NCBI GenBank assembly: GCA_033763315.1
Contig: JANRKS010000020.1
Coordinates: forward strand, 1 to 64,000
Source: Deltaproteobacteria bacterium
GTDB lineage: Bacteria; Myxococcota_A; Polyangia; Fen-1088
Direction of reading: 5' to 3'
DNA length: 64,000 nt
Shown: one piece after another, positions 58,151 to 64,000 of the stretch
Layout: the number at the start of each line of letters is the position of its first letter
How positions within the stretch are numbered: the stretch's first letter is position 1
Notes under the pieces: model-generated
What the model was told of the DNA's origin: nothing
The model's database searches: none
The model's input: the letters and a program-made list of their open reading frames with translations, nothing else
Made by a program: the position numbers and the translations under genes

Positions 58151-59116
58151 CTAGCGCACGCAGCGCACCCAATGGGCTTCGCTCATGCCCGCTTCTTCAG
58201 TGGTGCCGTCGCGCACGTCGACGAATACGTAGTTCATCAATCCGGATTTGTTGACGGGCGTCGCCGTCCAGAACAGCGCCGCGGGCGTGTTGGGAAAAAG
58301 CGCCGCATCGATCGCCGGCTGTTGCTTCGTTTCGTCCACAATTGTTTGCAGCTCTTTGGTTGAAGGCAACCGCCACCCATTCTTCAAACCGGCGCAATAG
58401 TCCTTCGCAGACTCCCACACGAGCTCTTGATCCAAGATGTTGCGTTGCCACGTCAGCAGTGTGTTTCGATCAAACACAGTTGCGCTTGTGATGTCATAAC
58501 GAGGCAGCACGCCCGGGCCACCCCCGCGCACACAGCGCACATGCCCGCTGGGGCCGGCGGTTTGCCCAAACGCCGTGAGCCCTGCACCGAAGTAAACGCT
58601 GAACGCATACACCGTTCCGTTGGCCGTAGGCGAAGACGACCAGAAATAATCGTTGGCTGTGTTGGGAAACGCTTCCTGATCAATGCTGGGCAAGCGCGTA
58701 AAATCAACCAGGGATACAAGCTCAATGCGGCTTGGTACACGCCAATCGCCGCGACCTTCGAGCTCAAGCTCCTCGCAATATTGTTTGGCGTCGGCCCACG
58801 TTTTCTTTTCCGTAAATCCCCGCTGCCACGTCAACCCGGATGTGGTCTCTGTCGCGGTCGCCGCCGTCAGCACATACGTGGCTGTGGCCGACGAAGGCAC
58901 GCCGGGCGGGCTCGGCATGCGCCACGTGGCATACGTCAATGGGGGGCAGGGCAAAGGAGCGTTGGCGCCGCAAACGCTCAGCGTGTCAACACTGGCATCG
59001 GCGGCCACAGCGTCAACCGAAGCATCGGTGTTGCCTGCATCGACCACAGCGTCCTGATCGTCGTGACACGCCGCCACGGCGAGCGCCGCAAACCACAAGC
59101 GTCGCGCTCCTGTCAT
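58151..59116 (-). CDS. Lipoprotein with two DUF1566 (Lcl C-terminal) domains
   Basis: Two copies of L.WQR...W..AK.YC...WR.PS..EL...FW...VRCVR. Confidence 0.88.
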   Translation of the reverse strand: MTGARRLWFAALAVAACHDDQDAVVDAGNTDASVDAVAADASVDTLSVCGANAPLPCPPLTYATWRMPSPPGVPSSATATYVLTAATATETTSGLTWQRGFTEKKTWADAKQYCEELELEGRGDWRVPSRIELVSLVDFTRLPSIDQEAFPNTANDYFWSSSPTANGTVYAFSVYFGAGLTAFGQTAGPSGHVRCVRGGGPGVLPRYDITSATVFDRNTLLTWQRNILDQELVWESAKDYCAGLKNGWRLPSTKELQTIVDETKQQPAIDAALFPNTPAALFWTATPVNKSGLMNYVFVDVRDGTTEEAGMSEAHWVRCVR

Positions 59117-59125
59117 ACCTACGTC

Positions 59126-60454
59126 CTAACGCTTACGCCGCCGGCGCGCAATCCCCCTGAACACCAGTGCCACCATAGCCCAGCCAAGCAGCGACGCCAC
59201 GCCGATACGCCCGCGCCCGCCCACGCTGCAAAACCCACCACTTGCGTCACCGCCAGCGCGTTTATACCCGTCGAAGAAGTCTCGCGTGGGGATGGGCTTT
59301 TGCAACAAGACAGATGTGATCGGGCTCGCGTTGCCGTTCAAGTCAAGCGTGGCCACGCCCACGAGATAGGGGATGTTGTTCTGCAGCCCTGTGATCCGCA
59401 CTGATCGTTGTGTACGCAAAAGATCAGAACACACATACGCGGGGTTCAAGCTCCGAAACGGGTCAGGCGCCCCATATTCAACACCTTTGCTGGCATTCGA
59501 CTCATCGGTGCCGGCGTCATCCGGAGCGGCCGCGTCGGTGTTTCCCGCATTGTCGTCTGGAGTCACAACCGTCAGCGCCTGACGCAAAGGCCCCAAGTCG
59601 CCTTGCGACAACGATTGGCTCACCACCTTGCCCGGGCACTCGGTGGTGGGTGTGTGAAATTGCCCGTCGTAAGGACTCTCCTTAAAAACGCTAAACTCAC
59701 CGCGGCTGCAGAAGACGGTGTAACCACGAAAATCCGCAACGCCCTGGCTTTGCTGCCAACTGACTTCAAGCGCTTCGTTGCCCGGGGTCACTTTGATCGA
59801 TTCGCGATCGGGAGGGGAGGGTGGCTGGCCGTCGTAGTCCACCGACAGCGTCGGGGCCGCGTCGTCGTTCAGATCCGGAATGCCGTCTCCATTCGTGTCG
59901 ATTGCTAAACGAATCGACTGTTGTCCCTGCGCACCGCACGCATTGCCTTCTCGCCCAAACAACCAGCTTACCGGGAAGGTGAACGTCGGCCGATCGGGGG
60001 ATCGAGCGAAAGCGGCCAAATTGATGTTATCGATGGTTCGGCAAGCCGCCGCAGACATCGTGGTGGGGTTATTGGAAACGCATGCGGCATCGCCAATCAA
60101 AATCTTGATGGTGTCCTTGCGCTGGGTAAACAACGTCTTTTTGGCGGCACCCTGGGAGGAGAAATAGAGTTCAAGCCTGATCTGCGTGCCGCATTGGCAG
60201 CGCGCATTGTTGAAATAGTATTTTTGTTCGAAGTCGGAGAACACGCTCCATTCGCCGTTATCCTTCTTGCGCAGCAAACGCATGAGGAAATCGGCTTTCA
60301 CCGGTACACCGGGGTTCGCGGTTCCCGAGGCCCCACCGGTGCCCGTGGTGGTTCCTGTGGGGTTCGTTTGAGCTTGGACGAAGCCGAGCGGCGAACCGAC
60401 GATACACATCGTTAAAAGGGCGACAGCGACATAAACAGAGCGCACACCGCGCAT
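59126..60454 (-). CDS. MYXO-CTERM-anchored surface protein with fibronectin-III-like domain (MXAN_2561-like)
   Basis: Signal peptide, PGNEALEVSW, ITGLQNNIPYLVGVATLD..GNAS, DFFDGYKRAGG, terminal GGFC + TM + RRRRKR. Confidence 0.75.
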   Translation of the reverse strand: MRGVRSVYVAVALLTMCIVGSPLGFVQAQTNPTGTTTGTGGASGTANPGVPVKADFLMRLLRKKDNGEWSVFSDFEQKYYFNNARCQCGTQIRLELYFSSQGAAKKTLFTQRKDTIKILIGDAACVSNNPTTMSAAACRTIDNINLAAFARSPDRPTFTFPVSWLFGREGNACGAQGQQSIRLAIDTNGDGIPDLNDDAAPTLSVDYDGQPPSPPDRESIKVTPGNEALEVSWQQSQGVADFRGYTVFCSRGEFSVFKESPYDGQFHTPTTECPGKVVSQSLSQGDLGPLRQALTVVTPDDNAGNTDAAAPDDAGTDESNASKGVEYGAPDPFRSLNPAYVCSDLLRTQRSVRITGLQNNIPYLVGVATLDLNGNASPITSVLLQKPIPTRDFFDGYKRAGGDASGGFCSVGGRGRIGVASLLGWAMVALVFRGIARRRRKR

Positions 60455-60499
60455 CCTAGCACCTTGGCGCCCCCCGAGGTGCAGCCCCTCCATGCGGCT

Positions 60500-62782
60500 T
60501 TACGCCGCTTTTCGCGTCTGCAGCCGCTCTTTGCAAAGCGCTTCCACGGCGGTTACCTGGTGCGCCAGTTCGTTCAATTGCGCGGTGTTGAGCTGCCGCG
60601 TGCCAAATCGGACGGCCTCGTACGTCGCGACGATGCCCCCATAATCTTTCGCCAATGCGGACTCGGCTCGGCAAGCACGCTGCAAATGTTCCCGTGGTGT
60701 CTCTGATGCCTGCTTGGTGACGCCCAACGAACCCACCGCGCGAACGGACCGCTCGTAAAGCTTCTGCACAGCCCCTTGCGCCCCCGCGCGCGGCACCAGC
60801 CGTTGGCCAGGTTTCACGCGGCGCTTGCGGATGCGAAGCGCCACGTAGACTGCCAAACCAAAGGCCACCACACCGTAAACGAGGCGTTTATCGGGCTTAG
60901 GCAACGAGAAAGCTGACCCCGGCTGGCGTTTGAACCCGAGCGACTTTGCCAGCCCTCGTGCCAGATCAAGCTGGCGGCTGGCGTCGTATTCAATCACCCA
61001 CTGCCCCCACCACAACTCAATCGAGTCTGCGACTTGTTTAAGCCGGCTCATGCGCGAAGGCCGCGAGATGGCGGGGGTCGCATCCATGCGCGTCCAACCG
61101 AACCCAGAAAAATACACTTCCGTCCACGAGTGCGCGCGGTTGTCACGCACTGTCACCAGATTGGATAGATCGTTCCACTCGCCGCCCAAAAAGCCATTCA
61201 CATACCGGGTGGGCACGTCCGCGATCCGCAGCATGATGGCGGCCGCCGTCGCGAAGTATTCGCAATGACCGCTGCTTTGAACCATCAGGAAATCTTCAAG
61301 TGGATCTTTAACGGAAGGATCGCGCTTAAGATCGAGCGAGTACGTCTTGCTCCTGTGCAGCCACGTCATCACCGCCTGCGCTCGCGCGGCCGGTGTCTTG
61401 TGGTCAGCGGTGATGCGTCTCACCAACCCCGACAGACGCTTCCGTAGATCTGCAGGCACTTGCAGGTATGGTGCAAGCAAGCCCTCGGGCAGCTCGGTTA
61501 TGGCTTTGGCCGCGCCTGGGCGCGCACGCCGCAAGCTATCAATGGAGTAGGCCACGTAGCGTGCCCCCGCAAAATCCGCCAACGGCAACGCCCGCCCATA
61601 AGGCGAGGTACGCATCGTGCGCAGAGCGGCTTCGCCCGAATACCGAGCCTCAATTTGTGTTGATAAGAAGGCACCTGTCGCCGGCTCCTCCACTTCAAAC
61701 GCCACAGGCGAATCCAACGCAAACGCCACCGGCAAGCTCACTCCCATGATTTGAATCTCCTGCCGATCGGCCAACGCAAGCAGTTCCTTTCTCGACGGAG
61801 GTTTATCGGGCGTCTCGGGACCAGAAACCCATCTCCATTGATTGGGCCCTTGGCCAAACCCCGTGGAAAGCTTGGTGCGCGTGAGATCGGATCGTGACCG
61901 CAACCACTGGCCGTTTTCGTACGTGTCGTAAACGGTGCCACGCCAATAAAGGCTTGCAATCACGGCGTCGCGTGCTTCTTCTGAGGGCTGGTCAAGCAAA
62001 CGTGGCATTCCCACGCGCAAGATCACCGTTTGGTTGTCGCTTGAGATGTTGCCGTGGTGGCCAAGCTCCACTTGATCACTAAAGCCTGCCACGCTGCCAT
62101 GGCGTCGCACGCCGCCCGTCAAAAAACCAATGCCGATGCGGGGCGCCAGCGCGAACACAATGGTTGCCCCAGCCAGCACGGCCAATGCCGCGGCGGCCGT
62201 GGCATAAAAAAACGGGCGCCCCACCACGCGACGTGAATCCAACACGCGTGCGGCTGTCACCCGTTGTGCGGCCGTGGAAGCTTCGTGCTTCACTAAGTAA
62301 TTGTCTTCAATCTCTCGGCGCAAGTGAAACAAGATGAGCGCCCACACCAACGCCACCACATACACCGCGAATCCCAGCGCAAACAAAGCGCTTTGCGCCA
62401 ACCACGAGGCGGCCAAGATTAACAGAAAGGCCAGAATGTAAAGCTGCATGTAATCGCGGTTGGTTTTCCGCTGCATCAGCTTGTAGCCCACCAACACCAA
62501 TACTAAATCAAGCAGCGCGGTCAGATCGGGTTCAGGGAAGGACTGAACCAACGAAAACACCGTGATGCAGAAGTACCCCAGGACCAGAACTTTGAACGGC
62601 AAATCAAGCCGCACGAGCCACGCGCTCAGCTGGCTTTCGGGCTCCGCGAACCACGACAAAGTTCCCACGATCAGGCACGCGGCGATCTGAGCGAACGTCA
62701 AATTGCCTGCCGCTGCCAAAGTGCCAATGGCGGCGGCCACCATCAAATAAGACGAAGCTTTATGAGCGGCTCTGAACCTCAC
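60500..62782 (-). CDS. TgpA-like membrane transglutaminase-domain protein (DUF3488-TGase-DUF4129)
   Basis: N-terminal TM helices, YWRGTVYDTYENGQW, catalytic GHCEYFA / AHSWTEV / MDATP, SETPRE, YEAVRFG. Confidence 0.92.
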   Translation of the reverse strand: MRFRAAHKASSYLMVAAAIGTLAAAGNLTFAQIAACLIVGTLSWFAEPESQLSAWLVRLDLPFKVLVLGYFCITVFSLVQSFPEPDLTALLDLVLVLVGYKLMQRKTNRDYMQLYILAFLLILAASWLAQSALFALGFAVYVVALVWALILFHLRREIEDNYLVKHEASTAAQRVTAARVLDSRRVVGRPFFYATAAAALAVLAGATIVFALAPRIGIGFLTGGVRRHGSVAGFSDQVELGHHGNISSDNQTVILRVGMPRLLDQPSEEARDAVIASLYWRGTVYDTYENGQWLRSRSDLTRTKLSTGFGQGPNQWRWVSGPETPDKPPSRKELLALADRQEIQIMGVSLPVAFALDSPVAFEVEEPATGAFLSTQIEARYSGEAALRTMRTSPYGRALPLADFAGARYVAYSIDSLRRARPGAAKAITELPEGLLAPYLQVPADLRKRLSGLVRRITADHKTPAARAQAVMTWLHRSKTYSLDLKRDPSVKDPLEDFLMVQSSGHCEYFATAAAIMLRIADVPTRYVNGFLGGEWNDLSNLVTVRDNRAHSWTEVYFSGFGWTRMDATPAISRPSRMSRLKQVADSIELWWGQWVIEYDASRQLDLARGLAKSLGFKRQPGSAFSLPKPDKRLVYGVVAFGLAVYVALRIRKRRVKPGQRLVPRAGAQGAVQKLYERSVRAVGSLGVTKQASETPREHLQRACRAESALAKDYGGIVATYEAVRFGTRQLNTAQLNELAHQVTAVEALCKERLQTRKAA

Positions 62783-63915
62783 GCGGCTTGCCCTCGCGCA
62801 CCACTGGCCAATGTCACGCGGGGCGCGCTATCCGCCATTGTTACGCGCGCCACGACCACGGCCGTGCCCAATGCGCCGCTTGGTGCCTTCACATCGTCCA
62901 TGGTCACGAGCGCCAAAGCAGCCAGCAGCGCGTGGCTTTGCTGGTTGCCTGCGCGCGATCCCACGCTCACCTGGCCGGCGGACAAGCCCACCTCATAGCC
63001 GCGCTTCAAGAACCACAACCCCACCGACGCGGCCATAGAAACGGCCTGCTCGAAAGCCTGGTTTTCGTTTTCCTGCCGCACTTCGGCCCACTGAAGTTTC
63101 ACCACCACGCGGCCGCCCGCATCGTCTTCATGCTCGCGCACGAGCCATCGACCGCGTCGTGCCGAACTTCGCCAGTGGATCTGCCGTGGATCATCGCCTT
63201 CGCGGTATTCGCGCAGCCCGTGAAATTCCCCTGACCGCGATGCACGTGCGTTGCGGCGATCCGGCAAAGGCGCGCCGCCCTCGGCCGCCAATAACTGTGG
63301 CACCGGCACAAGCGCGGGGTACACCAACATCTGCGCGTTGGCTGGGATATCGTGCGCTTTGCGAATCAACCCGAATGGAAACCGCGTTGACACGCGAAAG
63401 CCCACTAAGCGATGCACGCCCCGGTGGTTCACCACATTGCGGTACGCCGTCTCTTGTTCGCGTCCGGCGGGGATCTTTAAGAAATAGCAACGCCGCTCCA
63501 CAGGGCGCTCGTCCGTGAGATCTTCCACTTCCAAGGAAAACGTGGGCGTGCGCTTCTTGTTGTTGCGTACGCCAATGCCCATCAAAAACGGCGTGCCCGC
63601 ATGGATGGCCGTGGGCAACTTGCGCGTCACCACCAAATGCCGCAGGCACAACTCCGACATGATGCCGCTGGCCAAGATCAAAAACAGCATCATGCCGAAC
63701 ACCAAGAACAGCAGGTTCAACCCAGCGTTCACAGCGGCGGCGCCCACCACCAACGTGGCGCACATGAACCAAACGCCTTCACGCGTGGTTGGCAGACGTT
63801 TCCATAAACTGCGCTTCTTGCGAGCCCCGCCCGCGCGCGCAGGTGGCTCAGGCATCAACGTGCCGTGAATCGACGACGGCCGCGGCGGCGTGGTGCGTTC
63901 ACGAGCCGAACTCAT
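62779..63915 (-). CDS. DUF58 domain protein
   Basis: TRFPFGL, VYPA, EFHGLREYREGDDPRQIHWRSSAR, FEQAVSMAAS; AGGAG RBS before ATG 63915. Confidence 0.92.
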   Translation of the reverse strand: MSSARERTTPPRPSSIHGTLMPEPPARAGGARKKRSLWKRLPTTREGVWFMCATLVVGAAAVNAGLNLLFLVFGMMLFLILASGIMSELCLRHLVVTRKLPTAIHAGTPFLMGIGVRNNKKRTPTFSLEVEDLTDERPVERRCYFLKIPAGREQETAYRNVVNHRGVHRLVGFRVSTRFPFGLIRKAHDIPANAQMLVYPALVPVPQLLAAEGGAPLPDRRNARASRSGEFHGLREYREGDDPRQIHWRSSARRGRWLVREHEDDAGGRVVVKLQWAEVRQENENQAFEQAVSMAASVGLWFLKRGYEVGLSAGQVSVGSRAGNQQSHALLAALALVTMDDVKAPSGALGTAVVVARVTMADSAPRVTLASGARGQAA

Positions 63916-63925
63916 CTGACCACTC

Positions 63926-64000
63926 CTAACCCGGCACAGGGAACTGATTGACGATCTCGCCAATCACACGTTCGGCGTCATCGCGCGCGCGCCCACCTTC
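63926..64000 (-). CDS. C-terminal fragment of a probable MoxR AAA+ ATPase (begins outside the window)
   Basis: Hand translation EGGRARDDAERVIGEIVNQFPVPG* resembles MoxR C-termini; expected position before DUF58 and transglutaminase. Confidence 0.7.
   Translation of the reverse strand, partial: EGGRARDDAERVIGEIVNQFPVPG

Overview
GC-rich bacterial chromosome segment, almost certainly Myxococcota (Gly/Ser-linker lipoproteins, DUF1592/DUF1552 pair, tandem Ser/Thr kinases, MYXO-CTERM protein). It holds about 51 densely packed genes; I saw no rRNA, tRNA, CRISPR array or transposase. Content in order: an ECF sigma / zinc anti-sigma / exported caspase-like protease operon (runs off the left edge); a Cip1-like, DUF1592, DUF1552 and cytochrome c group; a minimal chemosensory operon; a GAF-PilB ATPase; two dual-domain Ser/Thr kinases; rnr; a tandem ATP-grasp ligase plus DmpA; an AAA+/DUF4143 ATPase with a tandem palindromic operator; a diguanylate cyclase; an flgM-fliA-fleQ-like cassette next to pilT; a LaoAB-like GMC pair; a stand-alone nuoJKLMN-like operon; a PhoX-like phosphatase facing a DHOR/imelysin/P460-like operon; dusB; surface proteins; and a MoxR-DUF58-transglutaminase triad. 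Best candidates for something new: (1) the flagellar-type regulators, with no flagellar structural genes in the window, appear wired as a closed loop. A sigma54 promoter with FleQ-type boxes precedes fliA, and sigma28-type promoters precede flgM and the fleQ-like gene itself. The same sigma28-type motif also precedes pilB, pilT and the kinase pair, suggesting a FliA regulon rewired to type IV pili. (2) An intact but apparently proton-pump-dead Complex I membrane arm whose shortened NuoL carries a PKD domain. All family calls come from motif recognition by eye, without database searches.
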